DNA from: Antedon mediterranea
Lineage: Eukaryota > Animalia > Echinodermata
Assembly: GCF_964355755.1 (NCBI RefSeq)
Contig: NC_092676.1
Location: 16,262,871 to 16,326,870 of the forward strand
DNA length: 64,000 bases
Direction: 5' to 3'
This document shows, piece by piece, positions 51,378 through 64,000 of this stretch. The notes beneath the pieces are model-generated. The model was not told where the DNA came from. It did no database searches and saw only the letters and a list, made by a program, of their open reading frames with translations. The translations under genes and the position numbers were made by a program. The stretch's first letter is position 1; each line of letters opens with the position of its first letter.

Positions 51378-54300
51378 TTAAATGTTTGGTAGTGAATCTA
51401 TATCTTGCGAACTTAAGGTATCAAAATGTTTATAGCTAACTACTGTGACAGATTTGCTACTGCCACTCAGTGCGTTTTTTTCATTTTCTGAGCCACCAGA
51501 CGTTGTGTCATTTTTATCACTTCCTCTTGATCCAAGAGTAAGTATAGATCCTAATATAGTTACCAGCGAAATTATTTTCAGAATTCCTGCCATTAAAAGT
51601 GTGTATCGACTAAAAGATTCGTTGTTATATAACCAACAAGTTCCATTCGAGCCATCGCATTCCTTATCCCACAGTAGACATTGACCATCGATGATCGCGC
51701 CAAAGATTATTGGTCCAGGCACGGTTCCTACAAAATTAAAAAGGTCATATTGGATTAAAAAATAACCACTACTTGTTCTTAATAATATAATAATTATAAC
51801 CGTTGTCCTTTGTACAATCTACAAATGTCGACAGTATAATGAGGTAAATTACCAGAAGCTTACCTCATGTGTGTCCTATATTTTATTATGTTAAGTATGG
51901 TATGATGCGATATAACACAAAATGTTATTATCTTACATTTTTCACAGTACATCGCCAATTTCTTGAAATATTGTGAATGTATCAAAAAATAATATATGTA
52001 TGATCTTTTAACTTTTAAGAAACTTAAACTGCATATATATTGGTCATCAGACATCAGAATGATATACAAATCAAAAAGGAATAAGGATGTAGGAAAATTC
52101 AATTTTGAATATAGATCTTCAATGGAAAGTAAATAGAATAACATACCAAGTAACCTATACATGAGTGATTGAATACCAAGACCAAATGCACGTTGATCAT
52201 GATCCACAATCCTAGAAAAAACAATCGTAAGGTATATTTAATTTTTTTGTTAATAAACAATTACAACTATCACATTTATACATTTCATTACAAGTCTTTT
52301 TCGTTTTAAATAAACTTTCCCTCCTTTTTGTCACAAATTGAAATAGTTGACCGCATGTAATCATAATACATAAGCGAATAAAAACCGTAAAAAGAGAAAA
52401 ATGATATTTTGGAAATTACAAATAGTAACACTTAATTAGAGCTTAAAATTATTTCTAAATAGGCCCTAATTATTAAATTTTTTTTAAATAAACAATTTGT
52501 AACTGTGTTTAATTAATATTTTCAGACATTTTGTTTTTAATAAGATGAATAACCCTTGGACACCACGAAAGAATGTCTGTATATTGATCATACCATGTCA
52601 TATTTCGCATGTCTTACCGTAATACAGCAGTTGTACCCGGAACAATAGCCATGAAAGTAGTAAGCATTTGAAAAAACAACAAGACCAGGAATAGTGGAAT
52701 TAAAGGGCAGTCGATGTCACATCTTTCAGCTTTACCCATGTAATCAACGTCAGAGGAACTGCTCGTGATATTCATACAAGTACAGTCGAAATATTCCTAT
52801 ACGGAAATTAATTTGATATCTTTTCATTTAATTTGGAGTAACTTAGATTATATCTGTTTAGGCCTCTGCCTTCCATCATCATCACCATCATTCAGCAGTA
52901 TTTTTAAATTTATAGTCTTTACTGGCTATACATCCTACATGACAACTGGAATAATACATAATATTGGAGATTGTTCGATTATTTTCTCATTATCGTCATC
53001 TTCATCGTCACCATTAGCACCGTCACCGTCAATCTCACGATGAGTAGTCAAATGTCAAACATGCGCTCATCATGTCAAATTTATATTTATCATTATTATC
53101 ATTTACCAAAATGTTCTCTTCGTTTTCCTTACTGACTGCACATCCTGCATGACATCCGGAATAATACATGACATTGTCGATTCCACATATTGGGTCGTAC
53201 TCCTGTCCACAACGGCAATCTATGTTACAGTTTGCATTTATATTGGTCTCAGCACCTTCAGGATATATTGCAGACCTAGAGTTTAACGTAAACACAATTT
53301 AACAATCAAATGAATTAAATTCTTTATTTAGAGTTAACTTGTTTTCTGTTAAAACATCTCATGTACATGCCATCATCATTGAAGCTGAAGCAAAAGCAGT
53401 CATTTGTGTGAAAACTAGATTGAAAATCGATGACGATGAAATTAATGTAAAGAAAGAAAGAACAAGTGTATCTAACTAAAGAGATAGAAAAAAGAAGAAA
53501 GCAAAATCACAGTATGTAGTATGCAAATGTAGATAGGCATAAGTGTTTTTATTCTGTTAACAAACAAAAAATGTAATGAGTTGAGATAATCAGTTTCATA
53601 TCTTGACCCAAGTGTTTAAAAAGTGTAATGTAACAAAATAAAATAAATAGATAAATAGAATGCATACGTTTTGCCGTACTGTGTCGTGACGCCAGCAAAA
53701 TTAACGTTATCACAATAGATAACGAAACACAAAAGCAATACTGCAGAAACTGAAAGAGTTCCGAGGACAAACTGAAGCATTGCTTTAACAGACAGCTTAA
53801 ATCGCTTCACCACCCATCCACCTATTAAGGTACCACCAACTCCTGACGGTATTACAATAATTCCTAAAGAAATCAGAATAAAATCCATTATTTTCTTCCA
53901 GGTTCGGATATCTTATTCACGACATGTTAATATTTATTTATTAGTTGCAATTCTGTTCATATATTTTTGTAGACTTTCTGTGTTATTATGATAATATTAG
54001 ACTCACCACATATTCCGGCGGCTGCACTTGGAGTAATATTAAATTGAGATTCCATGTATTTAGGCCCAAAGACAGCCATAGCTGCTAAAATAAACCATTC
54101 TGCGCACGTTGATAGATTTATCATCATGTATGGGATATTTTTAACTAAGTTCCAAACGGCTTTTGGAAAGTTTTTTATACTTCCACCGTAACTTGCACGT
54201 GTCATCATATTATCTTCATCATCTTCTTTTGTGGTATTCTTCAGAGCTCGCTCCTTAGCAATTAAAGCTGCACCTATAAAGCGCAAATAAATTGGTAATG

Positions 54301-56755
54301 ATTGATGATGGTGATCCACGATAACGTAACTAAAAATCCCATTTGTTTTGTATGCGATAGAGTTAAAAATATATATATGAAAAGTATAAAACATATAAAG
54401 ATAGCAATGAAAATGTCAGTTGTCAGTGATAATTTTATATTCATTTGTGTATATTTTTACTCCTCTCAAAGCCTAATCTAGTCATATCATATAGTAAGCG
54501 AAGTACATTTTAGAATATTTAACACTTGGAAATATTGGCACTCCATATAAAAACAAATACAGATTAGTACCTACATCGGTTTATTATGATTTTATACCAG
54601 ACTAAATTTTGGACGTTTATCATATTCCTCCTATTCTAAACATAGTTGGTATCGAAATGCTATTAACATTGAAAAGAAAGAAGTTCAAGTTCAACTTTAT
54701 TTTTCCACGGATGCCCAGATCAACACATGATTCTTCCCGGAACTGTGCACCAAAAAACAAACTCGATAGGGAGAGATGAGATAGAGAGGGGATAGAAAGA
54801 AAAAAATAAACAACCCATTGATTGAACAATAAGATATAATATATAAGAAACAATACAAATATAAAGCAGCAGTTGTCAAGTAATTGATAACTGTATACAT
54901 GGCATTTAATACGGTAGGGTGCCAGAAGTGATTTTGATGAATGTTTCTCTAAAGCCTCTTTCTAGAGCCTCATAAACCATTCCATAAAATCAATATTCGT
55001 GGAGTTGTGGCTTGGTGGTTATGATGCTTGGCTACCACTCCAAGGTTCCTGGATTGAAGTCCCGTCACATGTCCGGATTTTTTCTAAGGACAAAATTACA
55101 ACTCCCCTCCGAAAGACGTTGTTTATGTAGAGCATCTTGTGTATATGTTTGTCTCGTGAACCTCTGAGAGTCCCTAATGATCAACAATTGCTGGATGGAT
55201 CATCCTCATTAAATATAGTATAAAAAATAAATACAAATATTGGCCTACATGTATATCAACTTACCTGGAAGTGCTCTTGGATAACCCAGTAATGGAAAGG
55301 AAACAAGCAAACAACACGTTCCACTAACAAGGAATCCTATCCACCAGGCACCGACCCATATTGGACTTCCTCTTGATATACCTTGCCTTCAATATTGAAT
55401 GTAATAATGTATAGTTAATTCCATATAACTGAATGTTTATACGTCTTTGTAAAGAATTTTTGTGTTTACTGTTTATATCATCAAATAGTACAAATACAGT
55501 ATTGTATTTTTTATGGAAAACGGTTACTTACTCAGCAGGATCAATCCTAATATCTGTGTAAATAGTAAGATACAATCCTCCAAGAACGTAGCCCAACGCA
55601 GGCCCCAATATTGATATCGCATTGAATATACCTGGTAACAAGAAAACATAAGATTATCTTTTCATATGATGCGCTGTATTTCAAGAATATTTTCTCAATT
55701 TCTATAACATTTTGTGTATTTACCAAGTGGTACAGTGGTATGATTGGCACCCCCATGAGATAATTATATGTGACGTCGCTGACCAGATAGTCAGCAGACT
55801 TTCATAGTGGAACAATTGCATTATCAAGAAAGTACAGTTCATATCTCATAAAAAGTAAGCAGTAGATCTATAAATATCTAAATAAATGCTTTATCTTGTT
55901 CCCCGATTATTCAATTAAAGCATAACAGGATAATTGATATAAGCACGCACCTATGTACATAGCTATTAACTTCGGTGTAACATTATCATCCATGTATGTT
56001 ACCCCTAGTGTATACAAAGGCGACGCACCAATTCCATGAAGCAGTTGGGCGAATACAAAAACCCAGTAGTACGATGACAGATCTGTATTTTTACCATTAT
56101 CTTGATCAATACATAACGGTACTGTGCGATTTGTATCACATGTTGTGGTATTTATTAGACTTACACCATCATCGTCTCCACGATAATATCCTGTAGTGAA
56201 ATGTGGCAGAGAAAATACATAACACCCAATGCCGAATATAATTGCACCAATACCTAACAGTTTCGGCTTGTGTTTTTTCTCCCCGAAATAGGTGACGAAA
56301 ATAACCACAAGTGTAACAGAGAAATCGTAACAGCTTGAGATGGACCCACTTTTGACACTTGGAAGTTCAAACCGTTTCTCTAGCGTAGTTGTATCTACGT
56401 ATATCAATCCATTGACCGTCATGCCCTGGGCTAGTGCGAAAAGGCAAATAAAAAAGCAGAATCCCTTAGGAGAGTTAAACACCTGAGCACAGGCTGGCCT
56501 CCACGAGCCCCATCCGCATGTTGGCTCCTCATCTGCAAATTCTTCAACCTTTTCCTGATTTGAAGTTGTCACATCCACTTTACTACCGTTCTCTTCACTA
56601 AACATAGTATTAGCTATACCTTGCGGTTCATTTTCAATATTATCTACAATGTTTTGTTTCTCTGACGAACGTGCGATTTGTTCGGGGTCTTCCACTCCTA
56701 CTATAATTGACCCTCCACGGGTGGAGGGTCTCTGTCCAACCTCATCCTCTTCCAT
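51378..56755 (-). CDS. Solute carrier organic anion transporter (OATP, SLCO4A1-like), spliced
   Basis: Exons 56755-55951, 55631-55532, 55386-55265, 54273-54007, 53863-53668, 53275-53107, 52796-52618, 52211-52147, 51727-51378. TTLEKRFEL, AQLLHGIGASPLYTLGVTYMDDNV, OATP signature WVGAWWIGF, FGPKYMESQF, Kazal-like CNIDCRC...YDPICG...YYSGCHAGC, PGPIIFGAIID..CLLW. Confidence 0.95.
55001..55235 (+). mobile_element. tRNA-derived SINE (different head, same tail as 18058)
   Basis: GGAGTTGTGGCTTGGTGGTT A-box-like, GGATTGAAGTCCC B-box-like; tail GTCCCTAATGATCAACAATTGCTGGATGGATCATCCTCATTAAATAT + A-rich. Confidence 0.65.
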
Positions 56756-59700
56756 AATGTACTAAACTACAGCAGGCCTATTATCAATATTATTCCGTTT
56801 TCGGGTTTAGAAACTAAAAAATAACGACAATACATAATAAATCATTATAATAATAATTTAAAGGCAAATTACTAAAAAAATAACAATTCTGTCATGTGGG
56901 TTTCATTGACTTTCACACTACGCAATGTGTTACGCACCTGCTTTTATTCTTGATTTGGTTGGTTATTCTCCTACAGCTTTTCTGTCTAGCCCTGGGCGAG
57001 ATGTAGGCCTACTAATGGAATGAACGTTTAGTTAGAACAGTAGGTATGTTCAAACAAATAACGAATGCTCTGTATTCATATCATTCAAGTCATAAACATA
57101 TTAATTATTTGTATATTGACTCAATAATTTACAAAATAAATAATACTTACAAGTATTTTATAATTATAGGTTTACACCTTCTTCTCTGTGGATGGAAATG
57201 GATATCATTCGGAAAAGATATTACCTGCTGTTGTTTATTGCAAGATATTGTTTGATCGGTAGCCTCCACCATTACATTACAATAATAATGTCATCCGAAT
57301 TGTGTTCATTCATGCTCGATCAATTTAACCTGTATACGCCCCAGATAAAGTTTAACGAGTAGGACTAATTTGGTGTTGTAGATTAGATTATATTAGCTAT
57401 AGTAATCGCCAACAACAAACTAACCACACAATATTAGTATTTGGTCTTTACCCAATATTATAATCGAACGATTTCTTATCAGTGATAATTGCCAAGTAGA
57501 TAATCGAATAGTTGTTAAATATTAACTAGGGCCATCCTGTGTCAATCGCATAGAACGTCATGCCATATACTGTACTCTTTATTTTTTATTTATAATGACA
57601 ACGGCAACATGATAATGCATTTTCTAATATACAATAGTAAAATATGAAGTGACTACAGAAGATATATATTTACCGTCTAGGGATTGGTTGAAATGGTATC
57701 ACGTGATTAAGTATTATCAACGTTGAGCGCTTTGGATAAAATAGTAAATTTAAATTAAAATAGCATGGAGCTATTATTATTATAAGTGATTTTTTATTGG
57801 AGAGGTGTTGGGCGTTTATTCAAATAAATACCATCCTATTGGTATGATTAATACGTTAGATTAGTATAAATATCTTCCGCGACACAGTGGGCAGTTTTAG
57901 ACGGCTTGCAACATGAGCAGAAGTATCCCAGGGTCATAATGGGACACATAGCCCACAGTTGTCCCTGCCAGCTTACCCAACAACTCGGCTATCGGGGTTT
58001 CACTCGATTTCAAACAAAAGGTATTATCATCAGTTCTTCGGAGGTAATTTTATATACTATACTATTCCCCACAATATACTCCGATGCTTTATGAATATTT
58101 TTAATTTGATATTTGTTAATTTGCAATATAATTTTTATTTTGCTAACTACTGTACCTTCACACGCGCGGTCCGACAATAAACAAAAACTAAAATGGCTAT
58201 CGCCACCAACGGCCAACTTAGTTGAAGCCAGGAAGTTGACTCACCGTGAACCCGGAAATTATTTCTACCGCGTACGGTTGAAACTCTACCGATGAAATTA
58301 GAAATTGTGTTTTAAAATCCTTTATAATATCTTCCTAAGATAGAAATAAGGAACAATACCGTAATAGTGAGAACTAATGTTATCAAATCTACGTTTCGGG
58401 GTACATCTGAGATAGATGAGAGAGGTGTCCAAGGCGGAGATTTGTCCCGAAGTTTTACCTATGTCAGAATTCAGAATTTATATATAGATACTCTAGTCTA
58501 AATTTACTATTTTATCCTGCGTACTGCTTTTATTGGTGTATTACATTTGTGATCTCCTTGGGAAATATTTTTCTCGAGGGATTATATTTTCCCGAAGTGG
58601 GCCGGCATCTCTTATATTTTCCCTCGGGGAATCTCAAATGTTCTAATACACTTTTAAGCAGTCAATATCGTTATAATAAAACCACAATATACGAAGTTAT
58701 AATGCCCTAAAAGAGGAAGTTACAACTTAATATGGCGTTTTTCTTTGCTGGAAAGCAGCCTCGATTTGTGTTAGCGTGCCATCTATTCGGCCATTCAGGT
58801 TTCCCCAAATGCGTTGTTTCTACCCTTCGGGACAATGATTTGTATGAATTCCAATAGTCTAGATAAGTGTGATTGATCATGTTGTTGTAAAGCATGTTGT
58901 TGTATGCCACTAGTAGTATCATTGTAGGTGTGTTATGCCAGTAAGAAAGAATTGTCCAGACACAGAACCCTGCCACTGCATTTGGGTAATAATAAAATAG
59001 ATTCTTCGTATTTTAACCAATGGCAATTTTGCGGCATCATAAACCAGCATTAACAATGCAGAAAAGGTCGCGCTATACTTCCTTGACAAAACAGGGTTAG
59101 GTTTAAATACATTTAAATGCAATTGTTTAATAAAGCATATGAACAAAGACTGTCTTTAAAAAGTCAACTCTCTTCCCACCTTTTACACACAATTGATTGT
59201 TGATTGGTTTAAAAACAATGACTATTAACTATAATGTAAAAGAACCGATAAATGAAATAATCTGGAATACTGTAACATACATATAACGTACTACGGTAAA
59301 ACACTTTATGACTATGTTCTTAACAAAGCCGGGATCTTAACGCTTCGTAACATCTACAACGCTGATAATACTCCGGTGTCTCTCCTCCTAAACAAATATT
59401 AGATAAAACTAACCACCGTAAAACACTTTTCTCAATCCATAGTAACACCCCAATTGATGGGGAAAACTCGCTATCTTGGGGTACAGTATTCTACTATTCA
59501 GTAATATCTGAATAACGAGGATCGGAGCAATACCTCTGATTCAGTTGTTGAAATTAAATGTCAACTTTCATTTCAAATGAATCTCAAACGGGCGGTATTG
59601 TATTCTTGCTCATGTTCTACCCCATGCACGCTGGTCCTGCCACACATAAGATTGATCACCCTTTTACCATTTTTCCAAACACCAAATGCAGTGATAACAC

Positions 59701-60339
59701 TAGACTAGGTTATGTTTCTTACTAATTACTATTCCTAAGTTTCTATAGGCAATAGCTGAATGCGGTATGTGATGTCTGACTAAGAGAGGCTTCTAATTCC
59801 ATGATTTTTATGATATGAAATATTGTGAAGTACATTTTGCTTTTTATTAACTTTATCTTCCTTCTAATAATTATAGTGTACAATATACCTATCGACACTA
59901 TAAATTCATTTATACATTTGTGTATACTGCATTGTACTAAATCTTTTTGATTCCCGAACCATAAAATCATCAAGAAGGTGCTCGTCGAACTGATAGTTTA
60001 ATAATATTTCATACTTATTTAAGTGGCATGATTTATTCATTCATATAAGTCTGTTAGTACACTTTATAAAACACTTAAATACATTTCTTTCATTTAAATG
60101 GACGATTATAGTCACATGGCATGCAATAGTACGCATTTAACGATCGTTGAATAGTACTTTTTTCGCGTACGAAAAAAAAGTCAAAAATATTAATGTGCCG
60201 CCTTTTTAAAAACAACATTCAACATTCCAATAGCCATCGTATATATACACTTACTAGAGAGTGAGCGAGCAAAGCACACCCTCTAGTATTTAGATAATTC
60301 TACTTTAGTCAGATAAGAGTCAAATTAGTAACGAATTAC

Positions 60340-60567
60340 TGACTTCATACCTTGTAAGGGGTGTTGATGAATTTAGAAAATTTTCTTATTTAGATTTGTA
60401 ATTCTCATGTAATTTATTTTATTTATTGGTTTTTGTTTTTCTTTAACATTAATGTTATTGTATTTTGTGTATTGTATCTGTATCTGAAGGTCCCAAATGA
60501 TCAGCAACTGCTGGATGGATCACCTTCATTAAATATGGTTCAAATAAAATAAATAAATAATAAAAAA
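60340..60567 (+). mobile_element. LINE 3' UTR/tail fragment
   Basis: T-rich UTR followed by GGTCCCAAATGATCAGCAACTGCTGGATGGATCACCTTCATTAAATATGGTTC(AAAT)n, the tail shared by two SINE families here. Confidence 0.6.
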
Positions 60568-60569
60568 CA

Positions 60570-60920
60570 GGATTTGAACCAGTTAGCATTTTGGTCACAG
60601 CGATGGCTTCTTCGTTTCAGCGCATCTAAATGTGTAGTACTTCGTTTCCGTGCAACTTTTGAATACACCTACTCATTAAATGGATCTTATGTTGAAGAAA
60701 CGACGGAACAAAAAGACTTAGGAATTTGGATTAGCAACAACTTGAAACCTGATCTGCACATCAAAAAAATATGTAACAAAGCCAAAGATAGGAATGAAGA
60801 AAAGGTATCAATCCTGTACACATCAATCGTAAGACCTATAATTGAGTATGGATCCGTTGTATGAAACCCCATTTCCAAACTATAAAAAGTGCAGAGTAAA
60901 TGTCTACGACTTTGTCCAAT
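60570..60920 (+). mobile_element. CR1-clade LINE reverse transcriptase fragment
   Basis: DLNQLAFWSQRWLLRFSASKCVVL...EQKDLGIWISNNLK...HI..IC.KA...LYTSIVRPIIEYGSVV*NP. Confidence 0.85.
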
Positions 60921-62880
60921 TGAAATAAAATTGCGTACACTCTTGATCTAAGCTATCAAGTAAGTAAGTATCAAGTAAGTAATGTGAATAGTAATCTAAG
61001 TAGGCATAAACACAATAAACCGCAAAACTTATGATTTTAAAATCGGCCCGTAAAGTAATTGGATCCAAAGCAATTTTTTAGTTAGCCATCAGAAAATCTA
61101 TAACAAATCTCTTTCTAAATAATTAGACACTATTCATGGATTGCCACTCTCATTGATTCATGAATATACCATTGACATATCCGGTCGCTTACGCCCTAAA
61201 AGTAAAGTAACAAAAGAAAGTTATACTTAATCAATTTTTATTATCAGAAAGTAAAGGTTTACTTACGCGTTTCTCTATAAGAGACAATACAAATATTTTG
61301 TTTCTTATGCATTATTCAAAAACTTTACTGTGATTTGGGGTGCTTTCTTTCACAAAACAGAACATAATGTTACAGGAGAAAGCACTTTATCCTATTTATT
61401 ATTGTTTTTTTTTGTCTATAAATAAAAAATAAATAAATATTAATAATTACATTTGTATTTTAAGTTATTTAACATTAAAGTCTCATAGTACTGAATCAGA
61501 GTCTAGACATTATAAAAAAAGAAGATTATTTATTATTATTTTATGTTAATTTATCTCATTCTTTTAAATAATACGGTACAAAGTACTGTACGTGTAGTTT
61601 TAAACATTAAAAAAAGAATCACCTCATGACGCTCGTTCTGTTTTCGTTCTATTTACCACTGACGAAGAATAAGTACAGGTGTCACTATTTATGTTGTTTC
61701 AAAGGTTTATACTTTAATTAAACCTAAATAAATTCCTGTTATTTCATTGGACGATTGTGGGCTACATGGTGTGCAATAGTACAGTACGCAAGGATCGTTT
61801 AATCGTTTCGCGTACAAAATTAAATGTAAATCAATCAATCTGATGATAACCTGAATAGCCCACTTTATAGAGAAACCGGTTCGGCATCATCAAAATGGGT
61901 TATCACGTAGTGCATCGACCGATTCCAAAGACCGCACTGAAAATAAACAAGATGATACATTACAAGTAGGCCTAGAATTTAATTAGTATATGTGTATTTT
62001 AATGCATTAAAATATCCTATCATTTTGAAGAAAAAACTCAGGTATCACAACAAATCAACAATGTTTAAAGCTAAATTTAAGTTAAAGTTTAGTCAATATT
62101 AATAATACCTAAATTGATTGCATAATTTTCTCACCTTCCACAAAGCATATACAATAGCAAACAGAAATACAAGACCGACAAACACACTAACAACCACCGC
62201 AGCAGGGCTTATGCGACGCTGAGTCGATACCTTGTCAGTATCGGGCACCAATGTAGTGATTACCTAAATGAACATAAGATAATATATATAATAAAAAAAA
62301 ACAATTATCTATATATAAATTTACGTAAGGGCAAAATTCGGTAAATCACGCCTTACTTCTAGAATTTTTACTCGATGGTATATAAAGTTGGTTCGTACTT
62401 TTGGTACTGATTTTAACCGCCTGATGTAACCCTGTTTACTAATTAAATTGAGTTAGATAATTAGTTATTGACGATTAAAACGAATTTAGGTTCAACGATT
62501 TGCCCCAAATAGGGGTGTTTTCCGATCGTGGTATACACTGTCTAATGGATGTCCAACTTGAAAAATACCCGCACACAATAATACGAGGACGCTTCGCATT
62601 TTCCTATCTCCTCCTACGATAATTGTTTTTAATAGCTGAAAACCGGTTGAACTGCTCGAGTACAGCATCATAATGTTGAAGACAGGCCGATTTTCTTTAA
62701 AAAATACTATTTTGATAGATTTAATTTACGTTTTTACAAATGTATTGATTTGCGATGAATGGAACATTCCAATCTCTCAGTCTGCCAGTTTGGTTTAACA
62801 CAAGTAGGTAAATTTATGAGCCCTTGGAGAATAAACTTGCAATACTTTGACAATACAGTACTGCAAATACCGATTAACCA

Positions 62881-63958
62881 TTTTTGGTCGTCATTTGAAT
62901 CGAACATTTCTTACTGTGAATACTGTTAGATGTAAAAAAATATATAGGCCTACAAACATTTCTTACTGTGAATACTGTTAGATGTAAAAAAATATATAGA
63001 AATAAACTTTATTACTGTGATTATGGGTAGGCTCTACTGTTAATATACACACGTAATATACAAATAAACTTTATTACTGACAGTTGCTTCTCAACGTTTG
63101 CATTAATTAATAATTACAAAAAATATAAACGTCGTAGTGGTGTATCGTTACATGTACTTTACTATTTCAATCGACTATGACAGTGACAGTTTTAACAAAG
63201 TATTAAATCGCAAATGTTTTACTATATTTAGTCACCGTTAGTGGTATATTATTTATAGGCCTATAAAAAATGAAAACAATATTTCGTTACTGTCGACGTC
63301 GATAAAGAATATATTTAAAAATTGTTCCTCTCTGTACCTATCCTCTTTCCCATCCCTCAACCCTAATTGGGTTTCTTTAAATGAATAAACAATTTGGACC
63401 CATTTTGTGGTAAGTTTCTCTTATTTTTGGTCGTCATTTGAATCGAACATTTCTTACTGTGAATACTGTTAGATGTAAAAAAATATATACAAACATTTCT
63501 TACTGTGAATACTGTTAGATGTAAAAAAATATATACAAATAAACTTTATTACTGTGATTATGGGTAGGCTCTACTGGTAATATACACACGTAATATACAA
63601 AACTTTATTACTGACAGTTGCTTCTCAACGTTTGCATTAATTAATAATTACAAAAAATATAAACGTCGTAGTGGTGTATCGTTACATGTACTTTACTATT
63701 TCAATCGACTATGACAGTGACAGTTTTAACAAAGTATTAAATCGCAAATGTTTTACTATAAATTTAGTCACCGTTAGTGGTATATTATTTATAGGCCTAT
63801 AAAAAATGAAAACAATATTTCGTTACTGTCGACGTGGATAAAGAATATATTTAAAAATTTTTCCTCTCTGTACCTATCCTCTTTCCCATCCCTCAACCCT
63901 AATTGGGTTTCTTTAAATGAATAAACAATTTGGACTCATTTTGTGGTAAGTTTCTCTT
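62881..63958. repeat. ~540-bp tandem duplication, each unit with an internal ~46-bp duplication
   Basis: TTTTTGGTCGTCATTTGAATCGAACATTTC at 62881 and 63424; both units end ...TTTTGTGGTAAGTTTCTC. Confidence 0.93.
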
Positions 63959-64000
63959 TTGGAAGTAATTCCCAGGGTGCTAATTTTGTTTGACTACATA

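Noticed and set aside
58707-59146. Two overlapping minus-strand ORFs
   Set aside because: No recognisable domain or splice structure; non-ATG starts.

Overview
AT-rich, intron-containing eukaryotic (invertebrate metazoan; a Deu/Nin-domain SINE is compatible with an echinoderm/deuterostome or lophotrochozoan) genomic window. Host genes reconstructed by hand from splice signals and translation: RMI1 (+, 13 coding exons), DNAJC8 (+, 8), Ashwin/C2orf49 (-, 4) head-to-head with CDC40/PRP17 (+, 12), a single-coding-exon sulfotransferase-like P-loop protein (-) and an OATP/SLCO4-like transporter (-, 9). The left end holds a truncated LTR retrotransposon (LTR, tRNA-Ser PBS, ORF starting with a helix-hairpin-helix motif) whose LTR is interrupted by a foldback element with a 9-bp TSD. 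There is a partial tandem duplication of the CDC40 3' end, a 2.9-kb (AGT)n-derived satellite carrying a SINE, LINE remnants and many MITEs. The most striking observation comes from comparing paralogous copies inside the window: several filled/empty site pairs show TA converted to TA-CAG-TA / TA-CTG-TA and to TA-GGCC-TA. These look like DNA-transposon excision footprints and would explain the conspicuous abundance and local clustering of TACAGTA/TACTGTA and TAGGCCTA words. All calls are from manual reading; no database searches or counts were run.
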